Below are positions 1-13,609 of a DNA stretch of 64,000 nucleotides, one piece after another. Below the pieces are notes generated by a model, which was not told the origin of the DNA, did no database searches, and saw only the letters and a program-made list of their open reading frames with translations. The stretch's first letter is position 1. Each line of letters begins with the position of its first letter. The DNA is from Octopus sinensis. Its lineage: Eukaryota. Location of the stretch: NCBI RefSeq assembly GCF_006345805.1, contig NC_043008.1:21824001-21888000 (forward strand), in the 5' to 3' direction. A program made the translations under genes and the position numbers.

Positions 1-324
1 GTATCTCTATCGGAGTTTAGGAACACAAAGCAGGCTTCAAAATCCAAATCTGTCAGCCTGTGCCGGCCAAACTTTATTCCAAAACTGGTACTATCCATTG
101 CTTTCCACATGAATGAAGCCAATCACCACCAGGAACAGAATCAGTGACAATATGTAACCCTGTTTCACTGCGCTACCAATTTCCAACTCATCAGTGATTC
201 CTCTGTTCATCCTCACGCATCACTGTAAGTTCCAATACAGAGATTTAAAAATGTTAATACATCTGCTCGGGACAACAGAGATTCTCAAGATATTCCGTAT
301 TGTATACTCTTTCTCTCTCTTTTA

Positions 325-729
325 CTTTTTTACTTCTTTCAGTCGTTTGACTGTGGCCATGCTGGAGCACCGCCTTTAGTCGAGCAAATTGACCCCAGAG
401 CTTGTTCTTCGTAAGCCTGGTACTTATTCTATCAGTATCTTTTGCCGAACCGCTAAGTTACGGGGACGTAAACACACCAGCATCGGTTGTCAAGCGATGT
501 TGGGGGAACGAACGCAAACACACAAACATATACACATACACATACATATATATATATGCATATATACGACAGGCTTCTTTCAGTTTCTGTCTACCAAATC
601 CACTCACAATGCTTTGGTCGGCCCGAGGCTATAGTATAAGACACTTGCCCAAGGTGCAACGCAGTGGGACTGAACCCGGAACCATGTGGTTCATAAGCAA
701 GCTACTTACCACACAGCCACTCCTACGCC
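325..729 (-). mobile_element. tRNA-headed SINE, family A (head GGCGTAGGAGTGGCTGTGTGGTAAG, internal microsatellite, (GAGTAAAA)n-like tail)
   Basis: Reverse complement matches the + copies at 22480 and 35030 end to end; A-box/B-box-like head (GGTTCAGTCCC). Confidence 0.9.
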
Positions 730-732
730 TGT

Positions 733-1015
733 ATTCCAATGAACACAGTTAAATGCTTTATTAAAGTCGATGAAATTAACAAGCAGCTGCTCTCTACATT
801 CTCTGCTTTGTTCGATTTTCTTCCGCAATACAAAGATCTGTTCCACACTTGACCTACTACTCGAAAAATCTACCTGCTTTTCTCTCAACACAGTATCAAT
901 CTCCTTCTTTAATCTATTCCGTAGGACAATGCAAAGAACTTTGCCAGGCACGAATAATGTCACGTAGTGTAAATGCCACGGCAGTTGTTACAATCCGCCA
1001 AATTACCTTTTTGTG
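733..1015 (-). pseudogene. RTE-like non-LTR reverse transcriptase fragment (N-terminal RT motifs)
   Basis: Minus-strand translation KKGNLADCNNCRG / PGKVLCIVLRNRLKKEIDTVLREKQ..FSSSRSSVEQIFVLRKKIEQ..NFIDFNKAFNCVH matches LINE RT motifs; frameshifted; ends at the SINE head at 729. Confidence 0.8.
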
Positions 1016-1792
1016 GTAGTGAGACCACCACTTCATTCCTTCACTCACCGGTTATTATAACACATTATAAGAACCAGATTTAAAATAACAACTGGAGTTG
1101 CTTTGATTGAGTAAACCCTCCAAGGCCATACCTTATTACGGCAAAGTCTCAACACCCCAACAAGCGAAACGAATACAAATAGAAATGATTGAAATAAACT
1201 GCGTTATTCATCGAAGTTGTTCTACTTTATTTCAGGTTTTCAAGTACTTTTAAAAACTAAACTTAGAAACTGATATCGAAATATATAAAGCGCATTTTTC
1301 ACTTTGGGGAAAAAATTAATCAGCATTAGATATGGAAGTTAAAAACCGATACTGCTACTCTGAAGTCTGTAGAGAGAACATAGAGCTATGCAGATACACT
1401 TAGAGTGAACGGAAAAATTAGTTTGCACTGCAATGATAAATGTTGTTGTTGTTGTTATTGAATATAGAGAAAATTCGGTGTCTGGTGTGTAGGTAGGAAA
1501 ATTTCAAAATCATTATGTGCAGTTTCTGTTACGAAGAAGAAAAAAAAAGACACAAATAGATAAAGGGGAAAATAACAATGATTGCAGAGTGTAAAAAGTT
1601 TAAAATTTGTTGAACTAAGAAAGAAAAAACAAAAAAATGCTGGAACAAACTTGAAAATCAAAAAATAACAAATAGAATCCATTAAGTTGAAAAAAGAAAC
1701 GAAATCAGAGATAAAAATTGATTTAAAAAATAGTTTTAAACTTGGATATTCCCATTTAAGTTCTTCGTACATGATGTTTTTATAAGTATGTA

Positions 1793-1998
1793 TGCATGCA
1801 TGCATACATGTATGTAAGTAGGCATGTATATATATTTGAATGTATATACATACATATATGCATAATATATATATATATATATGTGCATATATATACATAT
1901 ATATACATACATACATATATATATATGCATATATATATACATATATATACATACATATATATACATATATATATATATGAATGTATATACATACATAC
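1793..1998. repeat. Compound (TA)n/(CATA)n microsatellite
   Basis: Directly visible; source of several spurious YI-rich ORFs. Confidence 0.95.
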
Positions 1999-2877
1999 GT
2001 AACCGAGAGGAAAATAAAACAGGAGAATCAGTTAAACTTTTGTTGTAATTTACATAATCTTTACAGGTGTTCGTTACATTAGATGATTGCATAATTACGT
2101 TAGGACGCCAGTTCTTCAGAAGAAAATTGTAATTTAATCCAACCTCGGTCGGTAACTAGAGTGAAATGAGAACTGCATGTAAATTCTGAAGAACAATTTA
2201 ATATCGTAGTTAATACCAAACGAAATTCAGAGAACAAAAGTTCTTCTTTGAAAATCTAAATATACATGGAGTTCTAAATAACGATTAAATGTTATGCTGT
2301 CTCAATAATGAGACACTCTGGGGATTCTAAATGTCAGGCAGAATAGAGGTAATTGAAAGGCCTTCAAAGTGGAAACATCTAAGTAAGGAACGTATATGGC
2401 ACGAGAACTGAAATCATATTCCGCTATGAGATTAAAATCCTCTTATCGGTAGTAAACTACAACGGAATCTTAGAAAACTAAAGTAGTACAGATATGATAA
2501 TCCTTATGCCTAACACTGACAGCAGCTCAATACGGCTGCCGTTAGAGAATGATAAATTTATAACAGCAGTTGTAGATGTGTCAATGGCCAAGAGGATACA
2601 AGCTATATTATCTATAGTTTTGATAGTTCCTAATGTTGGTGCTGAGGCAGACTTCAAAGAATAAACACCTGGTGACAATTGAAGATTGAATCATAAGGTA
2701 GATATGAATATTGGAAAATTTCTCATATCTAAAAATGTGATTAACAATACAAGGACTTCTAATCTTATTGACAGAAGCTCATCTTGGATATATTAGGGGC
2801 ACAGTGACCCCCAATTGCCTGCCAACATTTAATATATATATGTATAGGCGAGCGTTTAATGTATATTTAAGGCGGAG

Positions 2878-3110
2878 AAGGCGGCGAGCTGGCAGAAACG
2901 TTAGCACGCCGGGCGAAATGCGTAACCGTATTTCGTTTGCCGTTACGTTGTGAGTTCAAATCCCACCGAGGTCGACTTTGCCTTTAATCATTTCGGGGTC
3001 GATAAATTAAGTACCAGTAGTGTACTAGGGTCGATATAATCGACTTAATCCGTTTGTCTGTCCTTGTTTGTCCCCTCTATGTTTAGCCCCTTGTGGGTAA
3101 TAAAGAAATA
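2878..3110 (+). mobile_element. tRNA-headed SINE, family B (AAGGCGGCGAGCTGGCAG... core GTCGACTTTGCCTTTCATCCTTTCGGGGTCGATAAA), tail type 1
   Basis: Near-identical to 20764-20996 and 57760-57995; tail AGCCCCTTGTGGGTAATAAAGAAATA. Confidence 0.9.
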
Positions 3111-3117
3111 TATATTT

Positions 3118-3335
3118 AAGGCGGGGAGGTGGCAGAATCGTTTGCACGCCTGGCAAAATGCTTAGTGACATTTCGCCTGTCTTTACGCTCTGCGTTCAAA
3201 TTCCGGCGAGGTCGATTTGCTTTTCATCCTTTTGGGGTCGCTAAGATAAGTGCCAGTCGAGCACTGGTGTCGATGTAATTGACTTGCACACTCCCTCGAA
3301 CTTTCTGGCCTTGTGTCAGAATTCGAAACCAATAT
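3118..3335 (+). mobile_element. SINE family B, tail type 2, in tandem with the previous copy
   Basis: Same head and core; tail CTGGCCTTGTGTCAGAATTCGAAACCAAT. Confidence 0.85.
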
Positions 3336-4032
3336 ATACGTATATTTTAGGTGGTAGCTTATCTTTTGGGTTATCTCGTATTTAATGTGTTTGCAGTGCA
3401 TTGATAATTCACGTGAAACAACTTGTTGCAAAAATATATTTAGACATTCATTTCTATAAACCAATAATATTGCAAACGCAACCATAAATATACTTCGTCT
3501 TCAAATCTGTTATTTCAAAAGCACCATATTAAAAATGATGAATAGCTTCAGTGTTTACTGTTGTATATACATTGAAGTCAGATGACTGTCAACAAGAAAC
3601 TGTCTCAGACACATCGATTCGTTAAATAAACAATAAACAAAAAGAAATAATATTTTTAAAAGAAAAAATATCTTGAAGTATTTCTCTTAAGACGCAAAAG
3701 TATTATTTAGTGTTGAACATTAAAAATACCAGCCATACTACGCTTACTTCTCGAATTTTTCTGCAAAATTCAATGCCAGGTTTTGCTGATAAATAAATTG
3801 TCGTCATGTTTCCCCACCCGGTTGCCGTCATCCTTACGGTGTGATTCTCATCTGCACTACACCCAGCCACGGTACATTTCACCTAAAAGCGAATGATGGT
3901 ACTTCCATGTAATCCCTCTTGAAGCAATGCACAAATCTTCTTCAACCCAAAATCTAAAATCCTAATAACAAAGTGGACATTCTGAATATTGTATTCCTAA
4001 ATGCATTATGTCTGAATGCATAAATGACAGAA

Positions 4033-4335
4033 TGTGGAGCCACATGGCCTAGTGGTTAGAGCAGCGGACTCGCGGTCGAGGGATCGTTGGTTCGAATCTC
4101 AGACCGGGCGATGTGTGTGTGTGTTTATGAGCGAAACACCTAAGCTCCCCGCGGCTCCGGCAAAAAGTAATGGCGAACTTCTGCTGACTCTTTCGCCACA
4201 ACTTTTTCTCACTCTTTCCTCCTGAATCTTGCAGCTCACCTGCGACGGACCGGCGTCCCGTCCAGGTGGGGGAACCAAGGAAACCGGGGAAAACCGGCCC
4301 TTATGAGCCAGATATGACTCGAGAAGGAACAAACA
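4033..4335 (+). mobile_element. tRNA-headed SINE, family D
   Basis: Head GGCCTAGTGGTTAGAGCAGCGGACTCGCGGTCG...GGTTCGAATC (A and B boxes); relative at 37108-37395 on the minus strand. Confidence 0.8.
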
Positions 4336-4829
4336 TGAATGACAAAATGGTTATGAGTAATCTCGATCAGAGCAGACTTGGGACTAAACAAGAACAACTG
4401 CAACATAATTTAGTTCTAATTAAAACTCTATCTTAGATTTGAACGCATGGACTCAACTGTTTAAGATACAACTTGTAGTAAGACTCCATGGTTGGGAAAG
4501 GTTTAAAGTTATTTAATGGAATTCTTTATCGAAGGATTACAATCCTTTTGAAACTTCGTTTTCCACAATATTATCCTTACATTCATCAACTTTCAGGAGA
4601 TTTAAACTAACTCCTAATCTCATTTATATCTTCAATCTGCGACAGCATGAAAGCTCTTGGAACACTAATCATCTTCTATAAATGAAGTAATGTACAAATG
4701 TTCAAATGAGATAGTGTTAACTGTGAAGTCTTCCAGTCTCAGAGATGCTTTGAAATTAAGAACAGAATTAGTATTAAGCGATTATCAGGAACTGTCTACA
4801 CTTGGATGTGCCGTATAAATGTGTATTCT

Positions 4830-5041
4830 TTACTCTTTTACACGTTTCAGTCATTTTGACTGCGGCCATGCTGGAGCACCGCCTTTTAGTCGAGCAAATC
4901 GACCCCACGACTTATTCTTTGGAAGCCTAGTACTTATTCTATCGGTCTCTTTTGCCGAAACCGCTAAGTTACGGGGACGTAACCACACCACCATCGGTTG
5001 TCAAGCGATGATGGGGGAAAAACACAGACACACAAACACAA

Positions 5042-5079
<38 letters not shown>

Positions 5080-5080
5080 G
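4830..5080 (-). mobile_element. SINE family A, 3' half
   Basis: Matches the 3' half of the 325-729 copy and ends in the internal (CA)n. Confidence 0.85.
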
Positions 5081-5934
5081 CGTACAACCCATTGCCTCAT
5101 CGCCGTAAGCTTGCCAAAGCCTGTGCCATCCAAACTTTAACCATTCGTATTTACAATGTTTAAAATGAATTTTCTCTCCTACAACGGTCGCTGTTATTGT
5201 TCTGCTACTCTGCATTTTGCAACAATTCCCACAGATTTATCTATTTATTTGCTTTTATAATAAATTTTTGAAAATGTAGAGAGACTTTATAAACACCCTG
5301 TATTACAGCAACATTGACAATATATAGCTTGACACCCAGCATATACTGCAACAGCACTGTGGTATTAGCAAGCCTTTTCATACGTAGTGCTCAGCTGCAG
5401 TACAAGTCGTCGGGAAAGTGTAAAGAGGTAACAGAAAGAACTCGTAAGTCAAATAAAGAAATATTCAACACAGACAAAATTGAACAGAAAAAGAGCCATA
5501 AAGAAGAAATTGTTTATAGGTATGTCAGGAATAGTTTTGTCGTATAACTGGAAGCAATGTTCTAAGATGTAAGAACTGACGCAGGTAGGTTTTCTTTCTT
5601 TGCTTTCACATTTCTGAGCGTGAAAAACAAAAAGAATTTCCAAATTGCACTTTGACACCCTACATGCAACGACACCAACGCCACTGGTTTACCAATCTAC
5701 ATATATGCTTCAAGACCGACCACTGGTAATTCATGTAGTTTAAAACAGTCTCTTTATTCTTCTACAACACCTCTGATATATAACTTATGCTCACACTCTT
5801 ACGTTATACTTCGGTGCCAACAGAGAGATATTTCAAGTACATTGTCACTTGACACATGCAACCATTCGTCTTCTTTACAATGTCTAAAATGAATTTTCTC
5901 TCCTCTACAACTGTCACTGTTATTGTTCCTGCTT

Positions 5935-5949
5935 CTGCTGCTGCTGCTG

Positions 5950-5992
<43 letters not shown>

Positions 5993-6026
5993 CCCCACCA
6001 CCACCACCACCACCACCACCACCACC

Positions 6027-6058
<32 letters not shown>

Positions 6059-6076
6059 CACACCACCACCACCACC

Positions 6077-6117
<41 letters not shown>

Positions 6118-6441
6118 CACCACCACCACCACTACTACTACTACTACTACCACCAACACCACCACCACTACTACTACTACTACTACCCCAACACCACCAC
6201 CACTACTAATACTACTACTAGTACTACCACCACCACCACCACCACTACTACTACTACTACTACCACCACCACCACCACCACCACCACCACTACTACTACT
6301 ACTACCACCAACACCACCACCACTACTAATACTACTACTACTACCACCAACACCACCACCACTACTAATACTACTACTACCACCACCACCACCACCACCA
6401 CCACCACTACTACTATCATCATCAACAACAACAACAACAAA
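5935..6441. repeat. Compound (ACT)n/(ACC)n trinucleotide microsatellite
   Basis: Directly visible; produces poly-T/P/H/V/G pseudo-ORFs. Confidence 0.95.
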
Positions 6442-6526
6442 CAACACTACTGCCGCTGTCACAGGATAGCATTTGTATCAGTGGTCATGTTATAATGGGG
6501 GTGATGATTCAGGTATGACGGTCCTA

Positions 6527-6920
6527 TGATGATGATGATGATGATGGTGGTGGTTGTGGTGGTGGTGGTGGTGGTTGTGGTGGCGGCGGCGGTGGCGGCG
6601 GTGGTGGTGGTGACGATGATGATGAAAACACCGACAGCGATGGGTGATGTTGCCGTTAAATGGTTTGTATTATGAATGAATGTCGGAAATAGTGATCTCG
6701 GTTTTGGACACTGATGTTCGTTGGTGATTGATAAAGCAAATGCTGATGCTTCATATATATATATATATGTATGTATATGTGTGTGTATATATGGATGTGA
6801 ATGCTTATATGTAGCCATATATTTAGATATACATATAGATATACAGATATATAGATATATTGATATATAGATATATAAGTAAATGTGTGTGTCTATTTGT
6901 TTGATTTTGTGGTGTGTGTG

Positions 6921-6952
<32 letters not shown>

Positions 6953-6980
6953 ATGTGTGTGTGTCTGAGTGTGCGTGTTT
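6527..6980. repeat. (GAT)n/(GGT)n followed by (TA)n/(TG)n simple repeats
   Basis: Directly visible. Confidence 0.9.
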
Positions 6981-9923
6981 ATGATGGCTAAATAGCTTTA
7001 CAATTCTGTAAAGAAGCAATAAAAGGACTCAATACGATAAAATATTAAGCCGGATAAGATTCATTCAGAGCTGAAATCTCGCCTGGTCCTACTCAACGTT
7101 TCCTGTTTCCTTTCATTAATATATCAATGGAAACGTTGCTACTTGCTTTTGACATATCGTTTTCTAAGAGGAACAGGAATATTTTTTCTATCTCTACACT
7201 GCATTTTTAACCCACTCTTAATCTGTTTCCCTGTATTTTTCTACGTTTCAAAAGTTTGTTTTCGTTTCACTTTTTGTTGTTATCAATTCTGTCAATCCCA
7301 ACAAATATTTGAACCTATTTACGTTCAGTCAAAACGTTTGAAGCCGTGCTGCTAACATGTTTGTTATATCCATCTCGGTTTTTGTTGAATTTGTTTGATC
7401 TTTGGGATTTGTCAATGAATGTCAGCAGTTATCCTATCGGACGAACTCTTTTCATTTCGGCATAAAAATAAATCTGACTGCTTTCAATGGCGGCCAGATA
7501 GCTTTCTCTCTCGTCTGCATTCAAAATTTAAGAAGTTAGAAGCTTGATTCACTTCTTGCTTGTTTATTCGGTTAGTTTATCTCGACAGCTTGTGGCTCTA
7601 GCACACTTCTTATCAATAGTACTCCTTCATGATAGCATCAGAAGGTTAAGGTTACTTGTATGCGACGAAAAGCCTCTACTCCAAACATGCATCATATGTT
7701 ATTACACAGTGGAAACATTTATTCTGCTATCAATGATAAATAATTACTGACCAAAAATTTCATGAGAAAATGTTATTAAAAATGCACTTACATCGACATT
7801 TAAGAGCGCCGAGAAATACCGATTCAGCATCATTAGTTTTCCACTCAGCGTTTCCAAGAAATAAAATGGTTGACGAACAGTGACTACGTGTGACCTGTTG
7901 TATTCTGGTTGCCTGCAAGTTGATTGAAGTACATTTATTAATAAATTCTTTTTATGAACTCTTTGATCAGTAATGCTTAATATTGGTGAAAGAAATACAT
8001 ATTGCGCTAGAATGTTTCTAATTTAGTTTCATCAACCGTTCGACTACGGTTGTATGAGATTTCCACCTCAGCAGTCACGGAACTATAAAACTTTAGGGTT
8101 TGTAAATAAATACACGAGTATCTGTCTGAGCTGTCATTTAGTCTGAAAGCATCTGTGTTACGCAGCCGTATTGTTTTAATTTTGACGACTTTGTTGCCTC
8201 ATAAAATGTAGTATTGAATAGGCAACGATATAGAAGGGAGAGAGAAAGAGAGGCGGGGAGAGAGAGAGGCGAGGGAGAAAGTGAAAGAAAGGTAGGGAAA
8301 GAGAGAGAAAGAAAGAGAGAGAAAGAAAGGGAGAGAGAGAGAATATTCACGAAATATTCCTTTCTGGTAGTGGATCATGTCAGTAGTAGGAATTTAGTGA
8401 TATGGTTACTAAAAAATCGTACATTTTTTGCAATGTACCACTGAGAGTGCATTAATTATACCAGTATGACCGTATCTCTCTCCCATTAAATACAGAGGCT
8501 CTTTAAAAGGCCATGGTATTATTATTCCCCACAGATTAAAAGCTGAAGTTGTAAAAACAAATGACACATTTTCAAATCTGTCTGAGATAGGCTCCCCAAT
8601 AACAAGCGTGGAAAAAATTTGTCTTCTGAAAACTGCTATAATTGACAGTCGCTCTGAACCAGATACTTCTGAGCAACAATTGTGTCTCTATACGTTCTAT
8701 TTCTAAAATGTTTACAATATTCTCTTCAGATTTATAACGCCAGAAAATAATTTTTCTAAAACAAAAAAAAATCTGTATAATTTATGTTCAAATGAAATTG
8801 TAGTTGTGCAGTATATGTGTGTGTGTGTGTCTGTGTTTGTAGTGAAACAATATCTTATTGGACGTGCCATATATCATATAACTGGTTAATTGGTCAGAGT
8901 GTTACCGTTGGCTTAGCGCCGAAAATTGCGACTATAAAATATTGGTATTTCTTCAGACATCTTGAACAGAAGCGCTGAACCTCTTTTGTGCTCTAAGTAC
9001 AACAAAAGGAGACAAAAGAATGTAACAAAAGTTATTGAAAAACATTTTGGAAGAGAAAGAGAGAGTTATTTCCCATACATTCATATAGCTATGAATGACG
9101 CGTGTAAACTTTGTGTGAATCTTTCTCTAGTTCAAAAACGAACATTCTCTGGTCGCCATAACGAATTTACACTCATGGGGGCAACATCCACAATTTCGCT
9201 TTTCGTGTTCCGGAAAATGCTCGTAGCGTAAAATCGCATTATATTGCCTTCAATATGGCTTTCTTCAGATCCCTTTTCCTTATCCACTCTGAACGTCTCC
9301 GTATGTGAGGTTTCTGAAGAAAATTCTTTGCATTTCCCCCAGCTTTCTATGGTAACTGTTCTCCTTTCCTATATTTAAAGTTTCTTCTTTTTTCACATCC
9401 CTCGACATTTTTCTTTACTTTCTGATAATTCCTTGCAGTTCTCCTCCATCGCAACACAATGTAAAAGTAACGAAAACATTACGGTGTATGTTCTGGATCT
9501 TTATATTATGAGTTCAAAGTCCGTCGAAATCTATCTTGTCATTCAACCTTTCGGTTGTGCCGAAATTAATTTCATCGAATAAACCCACCTCAAATGCAGG
9601 GCTGGATGCAATTATTCGAGCATCAGAAAAAAATACCTTGCTATATTTTGCTTAGGATTTATATGTTCTGAGTTAACGTCAAAATTAATTTTTTATCCTT
9701 TCATGCTCGAGGAAATAAAGTATTGATCAAGTATTGGGGTCGACGGCCTTGTGCGTAAATTATAAAGGGTTATAATTCAAAAGGCGATGGATTGGCAGTA
9801 AGGTTATTATACTGAACATAAAACCATGTGAATTTTCCCCGGCTCTTTAAGTTCATGTTCAAAATCCACATCAAATTAATAATTTATACTTTCGAGATCA
9901 GTGAAGGCGCGTGGCTTAGTGGC

Positions 9924-9954
<31 letters not shown>

Positions 9955-9962
9955 CATACATA

Positions 9963-10233
<271 letters not shown>

Positions 10234-11158
10234 TGTGGAAAGAAATATTTATTTATCGATGTTGTTGTAGATTACTGCAAAACAGTAGAATGTTGGCATG
10301 TGGTATTTCAGAATTGAAATCCAGCTTGGGCCTTCTTTTGATTCCCATTTTTACCTGGGTTGGTAAAATAAAGTACCAGTAAAAGATCCGAAAGGTCTCA
10401 GACGGACAATTACTTTATGATTTTGTGCCAAAGAGAAGAATCTTTGTTTTAGCGGAATCTGCAACATTGAAAGACATATGTAGTGGAATGTAGATTTATA
10501 ACACAGCGAAACAAATCGAAACAGCGTATGAAATTTAGGATGGCAAGCTATAATTTCTCTCTGTCCTCTGAAATTTATTCATTTTTAATATTAATGTCGT
10601 TAAAGAGTTGGAAATACGATCTCGCTATAAATTCTGGTATAGTATTTCAGAATTTGATATTATTATGTTGATGGTTTGTTTTTACTTAAAAGACAAAAAG
10701 GAAAAAAGCTATAAGCATTGGAAGTATTATAAATGTTATAGATGTCTTCAGTTTCGGATTACCTCCAGTTGTGTTGTTGACTATTATAGCTTCCATACTT
10801 TATCATTTCTCTAGATTTGAGATGGTGAATGATATTGTCTTTCCTCTCTATTTACTAAATAGATAAGTAATATATTATGATTTGATTATCAATGATATTG
10901 CATTACAAAATGATAGTTTACTATAAGGAGTTTCTCACTTGCAAACTTAAAGTGATGTATTTTGATATTATCTACTGGTACGAAAACAGGTAAAAAAATA
11001 TACAAGAGATCTTATGAATCAAGAGATTGGCAGTCAAATACTAGCATTGTCGTGTTCAAATGAGAAAATTGGTAAAATTCTTAGTTCTAAGCTTTTGCTG
11101 CCTTGCAGTACATCAAGTCTTATTTGATTTGTAACATATAATTTGTGGTAACATATAA

Positions 11159-11556
11159 CAATATTGACCAAGGTTACCGTGGTCTTTTTCGTAGGCTTTT
11201 CTTCCCACGGATACACCTTACTTGCTTTCCTCTTTACACCATATATCATAACAGTGATACACGATCCCTATTGATCGTTTTTTTCCTCTTCCCCTTTTTT
11301 CCCCTTTTTTCTTCTTTTTTCATTTCTCTTTTCTTTTGTTCCTTTTCCTTTTCTTCTTTTTTTATTTTTTATTTTTTATTTTATTTTTTTTTGTTCTTTT
11401 CTTTCCTTTTACGATCCCTCTTGATCGAAAACCTACGCCAACCCTTTTTTTTGTTTATTTTGTTTTTTTTTGTTTTTTTCATCCCCCAAAAGAAAAGCTC
11501 TACCTTGTAACTTGTCCCATCTGTGTGCAGCCCTGTGTGGCCAATAAAGAAACTTG
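11159..11556 (+). mobile_element. 5'-truncated L1/Tx1-like 3' UTR with probable target-site duplication
   Basis: Homologous to 62035-62256 (GTTACCGTGG...GATACACG.TCCCTATTGATCG...CAGCCCTGTGTGGCCAATAAAGAAAC); flanked by TTTGATTTGTAA(A)CATATAA at 11123-11141 and 11557-11576. Confidence 0.7.
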
Positions 11557-11591
11557 TTTGATTTGTAAACATATAAACGAACTTCGGGTAA

Positions 11592-12331
11592 GTTAAAATA
11601 TGTTTGTGATATATTTTAACTTCTGAAGGTAAACTCATTGCAGTTACCGTGGAGAAAATATTATCTCTCTATATATAAACGGCAAAATGTCTGCGTGTGT
11701 GTCCTTTATACAAATCCACAATTTTTCAGTTAGAGGGCTTGCACTTTCTATGGTCATTCAGAACCGTCCAAGGGTGGTCGTGCACATCTTTACATTTCCC
11801 CAGTCATCCCGTAAAGCCATTAAAAAAATCAATAGAAGTGACTTTTTGTGAATTTTCTATCCAAAACCCAATCAAAATGCCCGAAACTTGATATGCCAAT
11901 TGAATGTCAGCTAGCTGTATGTGATTTGTCGGAGATTTGGACAGTACTCACGTGTATGTGCGCACGCACGCAGCTGTATATGCATGCACTAGCACTATGA
12001 CGCGGCATTGCCGGTTCATAGTGCTAGTTTATGATAAAAGGTGTAAAAACACCATATCTCCATATCTGCCAGTGTTGCCCTCTGTCGGATCCCCAGACGC
12101 AGCGTTTCTGACTCTTTTGCCTTCATCGATGAGAAACTGAAGATCGGTGACTGGGGAGATTTAAAGCCATAGCCTTAACCCAAAAATGCTGCGTCTGGGA
12201 AACCGATAGGGGGCAACATTGGGCAGATATAATATTGTTACATCTCTTACCATAAGAGAGAATTTATTCTCCACGGTAATTGCAATAAATTTGCCTTTAG
12301 AAGCTGAAATATGTCACAAACATATTTTAAC
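11592..12331. mobile_element. Foldback/MITE-like element with long imperfect inverted arms, interrupted by a Helitron
   Basis: 11592-11660 is the reverse complement of about 12264-12331; about 12061-12108 is the reverse complement of about 12185-12230; the arms become roughly continuous once 11664-12027 is removed. Confidence 0.75.
11664..12027 (+). mobile_element. Non-autonomous Helitron
   Basis: A|TCTCTCTATATATAAA...CTAG|T ends with no TSD; terminal hairpin CTAGCACTATGA-cg-CGGCA-t-TGCCG-gt-TCATAGTGCTAG (11989-12027). Confidence 0.8.
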
Positions 12332-12404
12332 CAAACTTATGCCTAATTACTGCTTGGCGCTGATCCTGCTGATTATATACATACATACATACACACACAC
12401 ATAC

Positions 12405-12523
<119 letters not shown>

Positions 12524-13325
12524 TCTCCAAATCTTTCCCAGATATTCTAACATTTAGTCGAATGCGTTACTATTTCTTCTATCTCCATTACTTTGTCTTT
12601 GACAACTATTGGAATTACATTAACATTTGAAATACATGTCTAATATGCAGGAAAATACGAAATAAAATCTCGTGGTTAAGAATTGCCATTTATGTGAATA
12701 TCTTTAACGACACACATTCGTCTGTCACAGTTAGAGATTTTGACACACGATAATAAAATAATTTAATACATTTCGGTGATCTAATTTGGCAAGTATTTTT
12801 GAAAAGGTTTGCTTCTTCCTCGTGACATGATATATAACATTCTTGGTGTAGACTTTTATTTTGCGTAATTAATTTAGTTTTCCTCTTCTTAACCACAATT
12901 GGTATGAATTTGTAAGTTTTCTCTTTTCAGTTCGTGTCTATTCTATTAATGGATATTTTTGGTTCTGTGTTATTTGCAGATAAACTATAAACAGAAGTAT
13001 TGAAGTTTCTCTCTTAAAATTCCTACTTTGGTAAAGATGGTCAGGTATTATTTTTGTAACTAGTAATACTGATAAAAAAATAAACGAAAGAATAATAAAG
13101 ATCTCGGTCAAGCTATTCTCTATCGTACCTAATTTCTGGTTGCTTCACCTTGGTTATATTCTTCTGGTCTCATGTACCACAGCATATTCATTCGAATAGG
13201 ATAACTTGACATCAGTTTAGAATATTGTGTCAATGAAAGAAGTAATAATCGCATCAGGAGATATCTACATCGAGCAAATCCATGGCTATTGGATAGCTTT
13301 TGCGTTGCGCTTGTTAAACAACATG

Positions 13326-13547
13326 CAGGCTCCCGTGGCTTTTATGGGTTTTTCCACGAGTAACCTTTCGAAGCGCCTCCCCCTATTGGGAGTTTTAATT
13401 GTTATTTATATTTCGTTGTTATCCTGCTTTTGTACACGGACTTTTTCAAACGGACAAAACCCTTTGTAACTTTCATCCCGTGTTTTGTCCCTTTATGTTT
13501 TAATTGATTTTTGTTAGCCCTTGTGGCCAATAAACGAATTAATTATT
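13326..13547 (+). mobile_element. LINE-type 3' end (second Tx1-like tail family)
   Basis: Reverse-complement copy at 50603-50822; ends GCCCTTGTGGCCAATAAACGAATTAATTATT. Confidence 0.7.
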
Positions 13548-13609
13548 TTTCTATCGTTAGGTTGTCCACAACATATAGCAACATAGCAAGACGGATGTTG
13601 AAACAGTTG

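Noticed and set aside
4033-4110. tRNA gene (also the heads at 22040 and 30819)
   Set aside because: tRNA-like A/B boxes continue into SINE bodies and no complete cloverleaf acceptor stem is evident.
5804-6495. Long poly-T/P/H/V/G ORFs
   Set aside because: Pure translation of (ACT)/(ACC) microsatellite; open in several frames on both strands.
9150-9460. Purine-rich minus-strand stretch that looks coding
   Set aside because: All frames are interrupted within 40-75 codons and no motif was recognised.
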